This document shows, piece by piece, positions 9,872 through 20,468 of a stretch of DNA of 64,000 bases. The notes beneath the pieces were generated by a model, which ran no database searches, had not been told where the DNA came from, and was given only the letters and a program-made list of their open reading frames with translations. Both the position numbers and the translations under genes were made by a program. The DNA lies in IMG/VR virus record IMGVR_UViG_3300028920_000059, positions 1-64,000 of that record, one strand, 5' to 3'. Source of the DNA: a virus. How positions within the stretch are numbered: the first letter of the stretch is position 1; each line of letters begins with the position of its first letter.

Positions 9872-10644
9872 TGGCCGAAGCGGATACCGGTTTGGATGCC
9901 CTAGAGATTCTGTTGTCGGGGGGCAATACCAGCGACCCCGCCAGCAACACCGACCCGGCTGAGTCGCTCGGCGGGTTGGTAACGGATACGCTGGTTCGAG
10001 GCATGCGGATTTTCTACGACGTGCCGGTCCAGGGCCTCATCATTGAGGACGCCACTCCAGAGAATGGAGAAGGCCAAGCCACCCTCACCATCAATGGGAA
10101 CAACGTCACATATACTCCACCTAACGGCGGCGCCGGGGCAGCTGTGGCTATCGCCGCGGGGGAACGCAAGCTCGTCCAAGGCCCGAACCCGCGCAAAGCC
10201 GTTCGTATCCAACGGGTGAGCGGTTTGGAGTTCGTGGGCGTAGCTACCTTTACCCTGCAGGACGCTCTTCAGGGTGTGTTGAGTATGGGTAACGTGACTA
10301 GCGCCGACCGGGTAGCTGGTGAAGTGTACTACCGAGCCATTTTCCTCCACGCCTCCTCCGCTGTCACTAGCGTCAAATGCTGGGTGACTACCGATGGCCA
10401 AGCCGCTTGGGCATTGGCTAAGGAGGAACCGGATTCGGTGGACACCATCCAGACCATCGCCGACGAAGAAACGGCCCCCAGTGGATTGAGTTGGGTCAAC
10501 GCCGCAAGTGAGGCCACGGCTTTGGATGTTGGCAATCTGGGGAGCGATGAACTCATGGGCGTTTGGATTCGTCGCACCTTCCCCGCCGCAGGAACCGTCG
10601 CCCAGAAGGAGCAAGTCAACTTCCACCTGAAGTTCGACGCATAG
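9871..10644 (+). CDS. Tail-associated structural protein
   Basis: SGG..NTDPAESLGG, YRAIFL, GVWIRR motifs; coupled to neighbours. Confidence 0.5.
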   Translation: MAEADTGLDALEILLSGGNTSDPASNTDPAESLGGLVTDTLVRGMRIFYDVPVQGLIIEDATPENGEGQATLTINGNNVTYTPPNGGAGAAVAIAAGERKLVQGPNPRKAVRIQRVSGLEFVGVATFTLQDALQGVLSMGNVTSADRVAGEVYYRAIFLHASSAVTSVKCWVTTDGQAAWALAKEEPDSVDTIQTIADEETAPSGLSWVNAASEATALDVGNLGSDELMGVWIRRTFPAAGTVAQKEQVNFHLKFDA

Positions 10645-10648
10645 TACC

Positions 10649-11842
10649 ATGGCCGTCAATCAACCACATCGACCGATGAAGCCCCTCTTCCGCAAGGGGG
10701 ATGTGCTGACTGCAGATGCTATCAACCAAATCATTGATGGTCGCTTACGCCAGATTCTTGGCGGCAAAGGAATCAAGGTAGCCTCCTTCGGTGATCGGGT
10801 GGTAGTTTCATTGACCGAAGAACTGTCGAAACGATATTTGCCTCAAGCGAATGAAGTTATTACCGACACCACCGAATTCGATGGAAACCTTTCAGCAGAC
10901 GACGACACGGTGCAAAAGGCATTGGAGACATTAGATGAATTGGTGGTCGATAGCGCCTCCGCTGGCGAGGATGAGGTGATTGTTGAAATCAGTGAGGGCG
11001 TTTCCGCAGGTATGGCCATCGGTGATATGGTTGTGGCTCGGTTGGATACGGGGGATTGGATAACCGCTACCCTCGCTACGACCAAAGTGGCATATCGCAA
11101 GGGTGTTTGCATCAACAAGCTGGATGATACTACGGCAGAAATACTCACCGCCGGCAGGTACACGTTCGCCACAAGCCAGGGTCTCTCGGCTTCTACTGTG
11201 TATGGAATCGACAGTAACAATGACGGTCAAGCGGGTTTGTATTTTTCACTGGGTGGCGGGGTAGACCCCACCTTCATCCCGTTCTTTGTGGTAGACGGGA
11301 CCGACACGCTTACCATCAGCATGGTGACCCACATCCCCGAGCAGATGGATGAGGAATTGGATGGGGATAAGTTGTATGATAGCGACTTTGGTTTGATCGA
11401 ATTGAAATTGAATCAAATCGGGGACACCATTATTTTCTTCAACATCTCCAGCACATATGATGATGGGACCTACAGTGATCTCAGCGATGGAGCTTGGGGA
11501 TTTTTCTACGTGACGAATTTCAATCAGGATAACGAAACGGCAGATTTGTATTTCTTCGGAATGGTGGCGGAAGAAAACGGCAGTGAAGCAGGACACCCAG
11601 ACCATCTCCACAGCCACTACCGAACTTCATTTCAAGTTATCCAAGACGGTCAAGCTGGAGTGGCTACTAAGGATTCGTTGACGGATAGTTACACTACAAT
11701 CAGCCACCCTTCCGTTCGAGGATTGACCATTCAGGCACAGGTTGCCACCAGCACGTACCAACCATCCATTTTCTTCACATTTACCACTGACGAAGACATC
11801 GGAGTATGTTACGTCCAGTTGGTGAGAATGACGGATATGTAA
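10649..11842 (+). CDS. Tail-associated / fibre-like acidic protein
   Basis: DTTEFDGNLSADDDTVQKALETLD module; position in tail block. Confidence 0.45.
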   Translation: MAVNQPHRPMKPLFRKGDVLTADAINQIIDGRLRQILGGKGIKVASFGDRVVVSLTEELSKRYLPQANEVITDTTEFDGNLSADDDTVQKALETLDELVVDSASAGEDEVIVEISEGVSAGMAIGDMVVARLDTGDWITATLATTKVAYRKGVCINKLDDTTAEILTAGRYTFATSQGLSASTVYGIDSNNDGQAGLYFSLGGGVDPTFIPFFVVDGTDTLTISMVTHIPEQMDEELDGDKLYDSDFGLIELKLNQIGDTIIFFNISSTYDDGTYSDLSDGAWGFFYVTNFNQDNETADLYFFGMVAEENGSEAGHPDHLHSHYRTSFQVIQDGQAGVATKDSLTDSYTTISHPSVRGLTIQAQVATSTYQPSIFFTFTTDEDIGVCYVQLVRMTDM

Positions 11843-11843
11843 A

Positions 11844-12500
11844 ATGGCTACCTATTACAAAACCTATCGCCAAGACTACCGTGTAGCCGACGATAGCCTC
11901 GCCAAATACGAACTGTATGCCGGCGAGGATGAAATGCCGGACTTCGACCACTCCCTTCAACCAGTCGCCACCAGCGCCACCCTCCCCTTCGACTGGACAC
12001 CCGATCTCCCTGATTCCGGTTCCACTACTCAGCTCTACCTTGTAGTGCGTCGTCGCAATAAGTACGATATGCTGTCGCACAACCGATATCCGACCATCAT
12101 TGAAATTGATGAGCTCGGAGACGAGGTATTGGGGCCGCTTACCAATCCTGAAATTGAAAACATAGCAGATGGAGCTACCGGGGCCATCATCGTCCATGCC
12201 CGTTATCCTTGGGGAATAGATCGGGATCCGGCAGACCAATGGGAAATCTACGTCAAGCAAGGAGTGGACCCGGACCCCGATGTGGATAATCCCACGGCCG
12301 TTGAAGCGTTCGGGCGGTTTGGAATCGACTACCGACTCCATAAGACCATCAGCGGCCTGACTCCTGGAGCCACCTACCATGTTCTCGTCGCCGTTATTCG
12401 GTCGGACGATTCCGACGGCGGTCGTGGGGAATCTGCGGTCTCCCAACACACTACCGCCGAGGCAGTGGACCTCGACCCAGATGATGCGGAGATTCTGTAA
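11844..12500 (+). CDS. Tail-associated protein with Fn3-like C-terminus
   Basis: TISGLTPGATYHVLVAVI motif. Confidence 0.5.
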   Translation: MATYYKTYRQDYRVADDSLAKYELYAGEDEMPDFDHSLQPVATSATLPFDWTPDLPDSGSTTQLYLVVRRRNKYDMLSHNRYPTIIEIDELGDEVLGPLTNPEIENIADGATGAIIVHARYPWGIDRDPADQWEIYVKQGVDPDPDVDNPTAVEAFGRFGIDYRLHKTISGLTPGATYHVLVAVIRSDDSDGGRGESAVSQHTTAEAVDLDPDDAEIL

Positions 12501-13171
12501 TGGTGGAAATTCTCAAAGAAGCAAAGCACGACTCCGGCCACTCCGCCCGGCCGTTGGTCATTGCTTACTTCACCGTGGATACCCCCTACGAACACGAAGC
12601 GGAAACGCTCAAGGCCAGCTTGGAGAGCGTCGGATATAGCTACCATGTTTGTGGCATCCCGAACTTTGGGTCCTGGCAACGTAACACCCAGGCGAAGGCC
12701 TATTTCGTACAGCAGATGCTCCAGACCTATCCCGGCCGCCCGCTTCTTTACCTGGACGTTGACGCCATCATGGTGAAGGCACCGGAACTCTTAGATAACC
12801 TGGATGCCGACATCGCTGCAGCCCACTTCGCCAAGAAGCCCCGCGGACGCCCTATGGGTGAACTGCTGAGTGGGACGGTTTACTTTGGTAATACCGTGCA
12901 ATGCAATCGGGTCGTCCAGAAGTGGATCAACATCAACGAGCAATATCCCGAGACTCTTCCCAACGGACGGGCCGCTTGGGACCAGCGTACATTGGAGATT
13001 GCTATCAAGCGAATCTCTAGCGTCAAGTTCGTTGAGCTCCCCACCGAGTACACCTTCATCGTAGAACTTACCCAGCGCCATCATCCCAACCTGCAGCCCG
13101 TCATCCTCCACACCCGCGGCGCCAAGCGGTTTAAGCGTTTGGTCAACGGACAGAAGGGCTACGAAAAATGA
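12500..13171 (+). CDS. Glycosyltransferase (nucleotide-diphospho-sugar transferase, GT-A)
   Basis: KAYFV...LLYLDVDA (DxD), LSGTVYF, WDQRTL, LPTEY. Confidence 0.75.
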   Translation: MVEILKEAKHDSGHSARPLVIAYFTVDTPYEHEAETLKASLESVGYSYHVCGIPNFGSWQRNTQAKAYFVQQMLQTYPGRPLLYLDVDAIMVKAPELLDNLDADIAAAHFAKKPRGRPMGELLSGTVYFGNTVQCNRVVQKWININEQYPETLPNGRAAWDQRTLEIAIKRISSVKFVELPTEYTFIVELTQRHHPNLQPVILHTRGAKRFKRLVNGQKGYEK

Positions 13172-13824
13172 GCTTGGACATTTGGGCGGTATGGCCAACC
13201 GTACACCCCGAGCTCAGTCGGGCCATGATAGCCTTGTGGCACAGCAAGGGCTACAAAGTCGCTTGCCTAGTCAACCCTCCTATAGTCAATGATGATATTC
13301 CCGAGGCCGATATGGTGATTGCCCAACACAAGTGGATGGGCTTTCCGATTGCCGCTAATATCCTGTGCTGCGAAACGCCTGGGGACATCGTCGTCGTTGT
13401 GGGGGACGACGTATATCCCGACCAATCCAAGGACGCCCAAGAAATTGGAGAAATCTTCGTGGAGCGGTTCCCCGATTTGTTCGGAGTCATGCAACCAACC
13501 GGGGATAAATATGGTTGTTGGGACAAGTGTGCTGTGTCCCCGTGGATTGGTCGCAAGTTCATCTTGGAGGCATACGACGGCGCCGGTCCCTACTGGCCGG
13601 AATACTACCATTACTTCAGCGACGAGGAACTCCAGGCGTATGCCACAAGCCAAGATGCCTTCCTACAGCGGGAGGATATCACCCAGTTCCATGACCACTG
13701 GCAGCGTCACGAAAAAAAGAAACGTCCCAAACACCTTCGAAAAGCGAAAAGGGAGTGGAGCCAAGACCGTTGGACATTCAAGTGCCGATCCAAGCGGGGG
13801 TTCCCATGTCAATCGAAGGTTTGA
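13168..13824 (+). CDS. GT2-like glycosyltransferase
   Basis: GFPIAAN...VVVVGDDVYP...YYHYFSDEEL. Confidence 0.65.
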   Translation: MSLDIWAVWPTVHPELSRAMIALWHSKGYKVACLVNPPIVNDDIPEADMVIAQHKWMGFPIAANILCCETPGDIVVVVGDDVYPDQSKDAQEIGEIFVERFPDLFGVMQPTGDKYGCWDKCAVSPWIGRKFILEAYDGAGPYWPEYYHYFSDEELQAYATSQDAFLQREDITQFHDHWQRHEKKKRPKHLRKAKREWSQDRWTFKCRSKRGFPCQSKV

Positions 13825-14732
13825 ATTTATCCCTGTCTGCTCTGTGCCCGGCGTCGTGTGTATTCTGCCCGACCGAACGGGGAACTCGGGATGCTTGTTT
13901 CATGGAACCCTCCTTAGTTGTGAAGTTGGTAGAGGAGGCCAGTTCCCCAGACTTCCCGTGGAAGGTAAAGCAAGTGCAGACTGGGGAGAATGGTGAGGCC
14001 TCCTGTTCCCCATTCCTCTTGGATAACCTCCGCACCATTCGCAAGTACCTACCCAGGGCTAAAGTAAACCTTACCTCCAACTTGTATTCCCTGACTCAAC
14101 GCCAAGCCGAATCTATTATGAGAGAACGGCTGTTGGATAGCCTGCAGCTCAATATCGATGGCCACAATGCGGAGACATACGAGGCCCAGAAAGGGATAAG
14201 CTACAAACGGGTCATGGGGAATCTCCGGATGCTCCTGCACGAAAGGAAGACCCACCATCCGTCCTTCTCTGTGGGCATCAACGTACTAACCCTCCATGAT
14301 TACTGCGTCCGAGCCAAGAAACGCTTTGGCCAAACCCCTATGAACGCCCCTGAGGAAATTCCATTCTCTTCCCATGAGTTGGTTGAGAAAAGTCTGCGAA
14401 AGCAAAAGTGGATGACGGATGATATACACATCCGAAAGTCCCCTTCGTTTTTCTGGGCGGAACGTGGGATGGATGTGGACGCCGTCAACGACTGTTGTCC
14501 GCAGCTGCCCCGCATATTGAAGGAGGCATTCATCAGTCCTTCGGGGCTTTGGTATCCTTGTTGCTTGGATTCAAATCAGGACCAAGCCTATGGCAGCGTC
14601 AAGGAAAACACGCTCCAGGAAATACACGACTCCGAAGCCCGGCAGAAATTCATCCAGCGGTTACAGGCTGGGGAATTTGAGGAAATTGGGTACCCATGCA
14701 ACCGATCGGCTTTTTGTAAGGGGATGAAATGA
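13806..14732 (+). CDS. Radical SAM protein with SPASM/twitch domain
   Basis: CPASCVFC (CxxxCxxC), GEA, C-terminal C...YPCCLD...GSV...C..C. Confidence 0.85.
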   Translation: MSIEGLNLSLSALCPASCVFCPTERGTRDACFMEPSLVVKLVEEASSPDFPWKVKQVQTGENGEASCSPFLLDNLRTIRKYLPRAKVNLTSNLYSLTQRQAESIMRERLLDSLQLNIDGHNAETYEAQKGISYKRVMGNLRMLLHERKTHHPSFSVGINVLTLHDYCVRAKKRFGQTPMNAPEEIPFSSHELVEKSLRKQKWMTDDIHIRKSPSFFWAERGMDVDAVNDCCPQLPRILKEAFISPSGLWYPCCLDSNQDQAYGSVKENTLQEIHDSEARQKFIQRLQAGEFEEIGYPCNRSAFCKGMK

Positions 14733-15415
14733 CACTGGACACACCTGAGCAAATCGAACAGACCTGGGGTGGTCACCAGCCGGTACTCAAGGCTGTGCTG
14801 GAAGTGATCCGTCCGCGATCGGCCGTGGAGTGTGGCTGCGGAATGTTTTCTACACCCTACCTGCAGACCGTCCCCGCTCTCCATACGATAGAGCACGACC
14901 CACGCTGGGCCGCAAAATTTTGCCGGCTATACTCCCCTCCCCCGCACCACCAATGGACCATTCATCTTTTCAACGCCAAGAACTCCACTTGCATCAGGGA
15001 ACTCCCTCCCGGCGAGTACCAGACCATTTGCAAGTGGTATACCTCACTTGCTGCCAGACAGCCCCCGTTCGATTTCCTGTTCGTGGATACACTCTTGTCA
15101 TGTCGTGTCCCAGCCGCGGAGACGTTGGGTTGCAAGGCCCAATTGATTTTGATTCATGATCTGGAGCCACCGGGACCGGAGGTGTACGAATGGCCCCGCC
15201 TTCGTACCTTCCTCAAAGACTGGTGCCACTACATCCATCGCCCGATGGGACGCGTAAACAAGGTCCACCAAATCCCCTGGACGGGTCTGTATTCGCGCGA
15301 GCCGTTGAACTTGGATGCGCTCAACGATGTAGTGCGTCGGGAGTCGAAAGAATTATGGGGTTTGGACGTGGGCCTGGGGATGCTCCCTCAAGGGGAGGAT
15401 GGGTTGGATGGCTGA
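14729..15415 (+). CDS. SAM-dependent methyltransferase-like protein
   Basis: VECGCGMFST, IEHDPRW, FDFLFVD, ILIHD. Confidence 0.65.
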   Translation: MTLDTPEQIEQTWGGHQPVLKAVLEVIRPRSAVECGCGMFSTPYLQTVPALHTIEHDPRWAAKFCRLYSPPPHHQWTIHLFNAKNSTCIRELPPGEYQTICKWYTSLAARQPPFDFLFVDTLLSCRVPAAETLGCKAQLILIHDLEPPGPEVYEWPRLRTFLKDWCHYIHRPMGRVNKVHQIPWTGLYSREPLNLDALNDVVRRESKELWGLDVGLGMLPQGEDGLDG

Positions 15416-16061
15416 GGACGTTATAGGACAGGATTACATTCGTCGGTTTTTTGGGGACCGGCAGGATGGTTACGTGATTGATGTAGGGGCACATGCCGGC
15501 ATCAAATACGGGTCCATGTCCTGGGAGCTAGTCCAAAGGGGATGGGGCGGATTATTGGTGGAACCACTTCCCAATGCCTTCGGGGAGCTGACCAAGAACT
15601 ACCAACACAGCCCCTCGGTGACTTGCGTCCAAGCCGCTTGCTCAGACACGGAGGGGGAAGCGACACTGTATCCACACAAGGGGGTATCTACCCTCAACGC
15701 GGATTGGGCAAAAGCCTGCGAGCAATGGTGGAAGCACATCAAGTACAAGCCTTCCATTCGTGTGCGCAAAGTCCGTTTGGATTCACTTCTTCGTCAAGTC
15801 AACGCCCCTACACACATCGACTTTCTCCAAGTGGATACAGAGGGCCACGACTTCCAGGTATTGAAGGGAATGGATTGGGGACGCCAGCCAGACTTGGTGT
15901 GTGTGGAGACACTGGACGTTGTCCATCCCGAACGCAAGCTCCCCAATGGAGTATGGGGTCCGGATCCTGAAATGAATCAATTCTTACAATCCCTGGGGTA
16001 CGCCTTGGAGTTATTGACTCCTGGGGGAAATGGTTTCTACGTGAGGAGAAAAAATGATTGA
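15408..16061 (+). CDS. FkbM-family methyltransferase
   Basis: IDVGAHAG, GWGGLLVEP, IDFLQVDTEGHDFQVLKG. Confidence 0.85.
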   Translation: MAEDVIGQDYIRRFFGDRQDGYVIDVGAHAGIKYGSMSWELVQRGWGGLLVEPLPNAFGELTKNYQHSPSVTCVQAACSDTEGEATLYPHKGVSTLNADWAKACEQWWKHIKYKPSIRVRKVRLDSLLRQVNAPTHIDFLQVDTEGHDFQVLKGMDWGRQPDLVCVETLDVVHPERKLPNGVWGPDPEMNQFLQSLGYALELLTPGGNGFYVRRKND

Positions 16062-16806
16062 TCTCATCGCCGGTTACGCCAGAGGGTATAACCGGGACCA
16101 AATCCGTCCCTTCCTCAAATCCCTCCGCGCTAATGGGTACCGCGAACGCATTCTGTTGTTCGCCGACGGTAGTGCCGCCGCGGAGGCGCGGAAGTGGGAC
16201 GTGGATCTCCGTCCCGTTCCTCGTACCCATATGAAGGTCCATTCGGCGCGGTTCCTTCCCTTGGAGGAAGCCATAAAGGAAATCGATGCGCAAGGGGTGA
16301 TGGTGGCGGACACCCGGGATATTATCTTCCAGCGTGACCCTTCGGTGGTCCTTCCGGATGAAGGTTTGAATGCCTTTGAGGAGGACCGAAGCCAAACCAT
16401 TGGCAGCTGCCCATACAACTCCGAGTGGATTCGCCTTGCCTACGGGGAGGGTACTTTAGAGGAGTTGTCCCACCTCCCCATTTCCTGCGTAGGCACCACT
16501 TGCGGAGATGCTGCATCCATGCGTGGATATCTCTCCATCCTTCGCGGTGCCGTGGAGAAAATTCAACCGCGTACCCACAAGCCCCAAGACCAAGCGGTGC
16601 ACAACTACCTCGTTCACAAGATGCTCCCTGCCAAGGTATGGAACAATGAGGAGGGGGAGATATACACCGTTGGGTATATCAAACGAGGCTCCGTCAAGAT
16701 CAAGGACGGAAAAATCATCAACCTTGTCGGCGCCACGCCGACCGTCATCCACCAATGGGATCGCCATGCTAACCTGAAGCGACTGGTATTGGAGAAGTGG
16801 GCATGA
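16054..16806 (+). CDS. Glycosyltransferase-like protein (GT-A)
   Basis: RF...VMVADTRDIIFQRDP, CVGTTCG, DQAVHNY, IHQWDR. Confidence 0.7.
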   Translation: MIDLIAGYARGYNRDQIRPFLKSLRANGYRERILLFADGSAAAEARKWDVDLRPVPRTHMKVHSARFLPLEEAIKEIDAQGVMVADTRDIIFQRDPSVVLPDEGLNAFEEDRSQTIGSCPYNSEWIRLAYGEGTLEELSHLPISCVGTTCGDAASMRGYLSILRGAVEKIQPRTHKPQDQAVHNYLVHKMLPAKVWNNEEGEIYTVGYIKRGSVKIKDGKIINLVGATPTVIHQWDRHANLKRLVLEKWA

Positions 16807-17267
16807 GCGACAAGTGGGAAATGGTCATGTACCGAGGCAAAGAGGTCCATACCGGCCACTGGCCCAGGCACGAACCGAAAATCGGTCGCATGGTGTCCTT
16901 GCTGAATCAATATGGTTGGTGCTTCCCTCCCGTACCGGTGGTTGACCTGAACACCCATTACCAAGCGTTGGATGGCTCCCACCGCATAGCCGCTAGCAAG
17001 AGGGTCGGACGTGAACCGGAGATAGTTTGCGTCGATGCACGCCTCCACCCCAAGCAACCCATCCCATCCAGCTGGAAGGAAATACTCAATGAACCCCTGG
17101 CACGTGGCAGGACCATTCGGGGCTACGGGCTGAGGGGACACATAAGGGAAAAGCATATTGGGGTTGTACTGGATAAGAAACGGGAGATGCTGCGGGAGGA
17201 GTACGTCCTGTTTTTGTTTGAGCTAATGCTTCACCTTACTAGAAAAATCAAAATCCTGGAGACTTGA
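16803..17267 (+). CDS. ParB/Srx-like domain protein
   Basis: PPVPVV...YQALDGSHRIAASKRVG. Confidence 0.55.
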   Translation: MSDKWEMVMYRGKEVHTGHWPRHEPKIGRMVSLLNQYGWCFPPVPVVDLNTHYQALDGSHRIAASKRVGREPEIVCVDARLHPKQPIPSSWKEILNEPLARGRTIRGYGLRGHIREKHIGVVLDKKREMLREEYVLFLFELMLHLTRKIKILET

Positions 17268-17270
17268 ACA

Positions 17271-17855
17271 ATGGACAAGGTTGAGAAGTATATGCACGAA
17301 GCTGACCGGTTTACCTCCCCCGAGGAGATTTACCAGTCCATCCCCGGAAGGGACATAAAGGCTTCCAGGAATCTTCAGGACCGGTGGGATGCATACCAGA
17401 TTCCTACACAGAGCTTGATGGGTTCTATCCTGGATATCGGCTGCAACATCGGGGGCTTCTCTGCTTACTGCCAACCCTTTTGCCGTCGTTACCTGGGGAT
17501 TGATGTTTTTGAGAAATCCATCCTGCTGGCTCGGGGGCTTTACCCATTTGCCAACTGTTCATTTGAGGCAATGTCCTTCAATGATTTAGAAGGCGAGGTG
17601 TTCGACACCATTTTCGCCCTCGCCGTTCGTCGCTATACCAAACTGGATTATTTCGATTTTATCAAGACCTGCTCGGAAAAAATTACTGAGGGTGGCTACC
17701 TCTTCTATGAATCCCACACCCGGGAGAAGTGGGGACCTCGGCCGAAGAAGGCATTCGAGTCGTTCTTCATCATCAACCGCGTCCTCACCATCCCAGGAAC
17801 CTCACACCCAGACTGCCCACATAATCGCTTCTTTGTAGAAATGAGGAAACGATGA
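17271..17855 (+). CDS. Class I SAM-dependent methyltransferase
   Basis: SILDIGCNIGGF, YLGID, GGYLFYE. Confidence 0.8.
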   Translation: MDKVEKYMHEADRFTSPEEIYQSIPGRDIKASRNLQDRWDAYQIPTQSLMGSILDIGCNIGGFSAYCQPFCRRYLGIDVFEKSILLARGLYPFANCSFEAMSFNDLEGEVFDTIFALAVRRYTKLDYFDFIKTCSEKITEGGYLFYESHTREKWGPRPKKAFESFFIINRVLTIPGTSHPDCPHNRFFVEMRKR

Positions 17856-18619
17856 ACACCTTTATCAATAACAAACGGTTGGCGGGGCTTGCCGGGGTCA
17901 ACTTTGATTCCGAGGTCATCCAGCCAGGTCCCATCGTGTACTCCCGCACCCACCTTGTCCAATCGCAGTTTCCCAAGCTGGCGAAGATGGGTTCATGCAT
18001 CCTTATCACTAGCTTCAGCGATGCTAAGTGCACGACCAAAATGGCATCGCGCCTTCCCCCCAATGTGAGGAGATGGTTCAGCAATAACGTCGCCACCCGC
18101 AACGCCCGAGTGACAGCTGTCCCCATCGGCCTTCGTACTTCTTCGCAGGGGGAGCAGATATTGCGGGTCGTTATGGGTATGGGACGCCTCAAGGAACGCA
18201 ATCTGGTATATATGAATTTCTGGCGTCGGCTCCGGCGGACACCCAATCCTCGGAGAGGGATCTACGAAATGTTCATGTGCAAGAAGTGGGTCACATATGA
18301 GGGGGGCTTTGACCACGTTCCTATGGACCACTTTTACAAGATGACCGCCTCCCACCCCTATACGATTTCCCCTCCGGGCGCCGGCCCGGATTGCCATCGC
18401 CACTGGGAGGCGATGCTCCTGGGTACCATACCCATCGTCCTGCGCTCTAAGGCTACCGACATCCTAGAGGATATGCCGTGTCTACGAATAACGCATTGGG
18501 GCGAGATAACTGAACGGCTTCTCTTGAAGCAACTACCGAAGCTGAAGGCGCGGTTCGATACTCCCACGATGGACAAGTGCTGGTTCGAATACTGGCGTGA
18601 TATGATCTTGGAGGCGTGA
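17852..18619 (+). CDS. Exostosin/GT47-like glycosyltransferase
   Basis: YTISPPGAGPDCHRHWEAMLLGTIPIV. Confidence 0.75.
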   Translation: MNTFINNKRLAGLAGVNFDSEVIQPGPIVYSRTHLVQSQFPKLAKMGSCILITSFSDAKCTTKMASRLPPNVRRWFSNNVATRNARVTAVPIGLRTSSQGEQILRVVMGMGRLKERNLVYMNFWRRLRRTPNPRRGIYEMFMCKKWVTYEGGFDHVPMDHFYKMTASHPYTISPPGAGPDCHRHWEAMLLGTIPIVLRSKATDILEDMPCLRITHWGEITERLLLKQLPKLKARFDTPTMDKCWFEYWRDMILEA

Positions 18620-19236
18620 TGCCCAGTATCGTAACATGCGGAATTCCACGTAGCGGGTCCACCCTCGTCTGGCAAATGGTACAGGAGGTCTCCTCACCTA
18701 TTTCTGTTCATAAGGTCCACCCTGCTAGTTGGGAGGTGGATCAGGAAGCATTGGTGTTCATCTCCATCCGTGACCCGCGTGATGTTATTTCCTCATTACT
18801 GCGCGTCAAATTGAGCCGCGAGGGACGTACCGGAGAACAGCCTACGGAGGAGGATTTGAAAAACGTCCTTCACCACTCTGAACAGAGTTGGTTGGGCTTG
18901 GCTGACTTGCGGGAAGTTTCTCAAAAAGTGGTTCTGCGTTATGAGCATTTCTATGATGACTACAACGTTATCTGGGATGCCATTTGGGCGATGCTTGGGA
19001 TTCGTCCCGCTGCGAACTCCCGGGAGCTCATCGAAAGCCAGTACAACCTTCTGGCCAATATCCAACGAGCGCAGGAGTTGAAGGATTTCAACGAGGTGGA
19101 TGAGGCCAACGTCCACGGCGACCACATAGCCCAACCCATCCCGGGTGGATGGCGCAAGGGAATCCCGGGGCACCTTCAAGACCAAGTGGCAAATCACGTT
19201 CGGGAAGTTTGTTGGGGGTGGGGCTATGCTAAATGA
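18616..19236 (+). CDS. Sulfotransferase
   Basis: 5'-PSB GIPRSGSTL, KVH, 3'-PB RDPRDVISS, LRYE, GGWRK. Confidence 0.8.
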   Translation: MMPSIVTCGIPRSGSTLVWQMVQEVSSPISVHKVHPASWEVDQEALVFISIRDPRDVISSLLRVKLSREGRTGEQPTEEDLKNVLHHSEQSWLGLADLREVSQKVVLRYEHFYDDYNVIWDAIWAMLGIRPAANSRELIESQYNLLANIQRAQELKDFNEVDEANVHGDHIAQPIPGGWRKGIPGHLQDQVANHVREVCWGWGYAK

Positions 19237-19864
19237 AGTCTTGGCTTGTGGCGTCCCCCGCAGTGGGTCCACCCTCGTCTGGCAGGTCCTGTGCCGGGCG
19301 CTCCCCTGCAAAGTGACTAAAGCCCACCCCGCTTCGTGGCAGCGTCGTGCTGTGGACTACATCGTAGGGTCTGTGCGACACCCATACGATGCTGCAGCCA
19401 GTGCCTTCCGTTGTAGAATCATCAACGACGACGGGGATGGTTCACAAGAAACGGTGAAGGGAACGCTGAAAGGCTTGAAGGCAGATTTGCGGATGCTGGC
19501 CAGTAACTACAAAATGATGAAGGAGTTGTCCCAATTTTTCACCGACCGGGTTACCGTATTGAAATACGAGAACTATTTTCATTCATTGGATCCTATCTTT
19601 GATATGGTTCAGGATAAATTTGGGATCAACGTTCCTCCAAAACGCCGAAGCAGTATTCGCCGTGAGTGCTCCTTCGAATCCAACCGACGCAAGGTGTTGA
19701 AACTCAACCCTGGCGACAAATGGGTCAACCGCATGGGGCTGTCCCACGTTGCGGTGGGCTACCCAGGCAGCTGGAAGGCCATCATGCCTGTCTGGGGTTA
19801 CGCTACGTTGAGAAAATGGGCTGAACCCATTTGCGAGGAGTGGGGCTATGCGTATTCAGAATAA
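19226..19864 (+). CDS. Sulfotransferase (paralog of the upstream gene)
   Basis: GVPRSGSTL, RHPYDAAAS, LKYE, GSWK. Confidence 0.8.
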   Translation: MLNEVLACGVPRSGSTLVWQVLCRALPCKVTKAHPASWQRRAVDYIVGSVRHPYDAAASAFRCRIINDDGDGSQETVKGTLKGLKADLRMLASNYKMMKELSQFFTDRVTVLKYENYFHSLDPIFDMVQDKFGINVPPKRRSSIRRECSFESNRRKVLKLNPGDKWVNRMGLSHVAVGYPGSWKAIMPVWGYATLRKWAEPICEEWGYAYSE

Positions 19865-20468
19865 CCTTGGGTTTGTGTATATCTCCACGCCGAAGGCTTG
19901 CACACACACCATCTACAAAATCCTGGAGGAGCACTTTGCTGAAGGATTGCAAAAAGGAGGTTTCCACAGCCGTCGAATTCCCCGTAGGGCCAGAAACTAC
20001 TTTCGGTGGACCTGTGTACGCAACCCCTACTCCCGGGCGGTGAGTATTTGGTGGTCGGCTTGCCGTTGCCATTCGCCCGACCGGTATGGATGTATCAGCG
20101 GCTGCGGTTCCCAGAAGGACTTCAAGTTGTTTGCCGACTGGCTAGGAGCCTCCAAGCCTGGGCAGCATCGCAAGGAACCAGTGCTCATGAGTCAGTGCGA
20201 ATGGTTGAGTAGTGTCGAACCCATCCACGCCATTCACGTGGAGCACCTTGCCGATGAACTGCATGAGTTGGAGTTCTGGAAGCCGGGCATTACTATTCCC
20301 AAGCTCAATACCACTACCGAAAAAATCAAAGCCCAGTCAGAAGAGGAAGGAGAGAAAATTTCTCGTCCCTCGTGGCAGGAACTTTGCCAGGACCAAAATG
20401 TTCAGCAGGCTATCCAAGTTTGGGCCGGCCACGACTTTGACCGGTTTGGATATTCGAAGGATATATGA
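19848..20468 (+). CDS. Sulfotransferase, Sulfotransfer_2-like
   Basis: FVYISTPKACTHTI, VRNPYSRAVS, DFDRFGY. Confidence 0.75.
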   Translation: MRIQNNLGFVYISTPKACTHTIYKILEEHFAEGLQKGGFHSRRIPRRARNYFRWTCVRNPYSRAVSIWWSACRCHSPDRYGCISGCGSQKDFKLFADWLGASKPGQHRKEPVLMSQCEWLSSVEPIHAIHVEHLADELHELEFWKPGITIPKLNTTTEKIKAQSEEEGEKISRPSWQELCQDQNVQQAIQVWAGHDFDRFGYSKDI

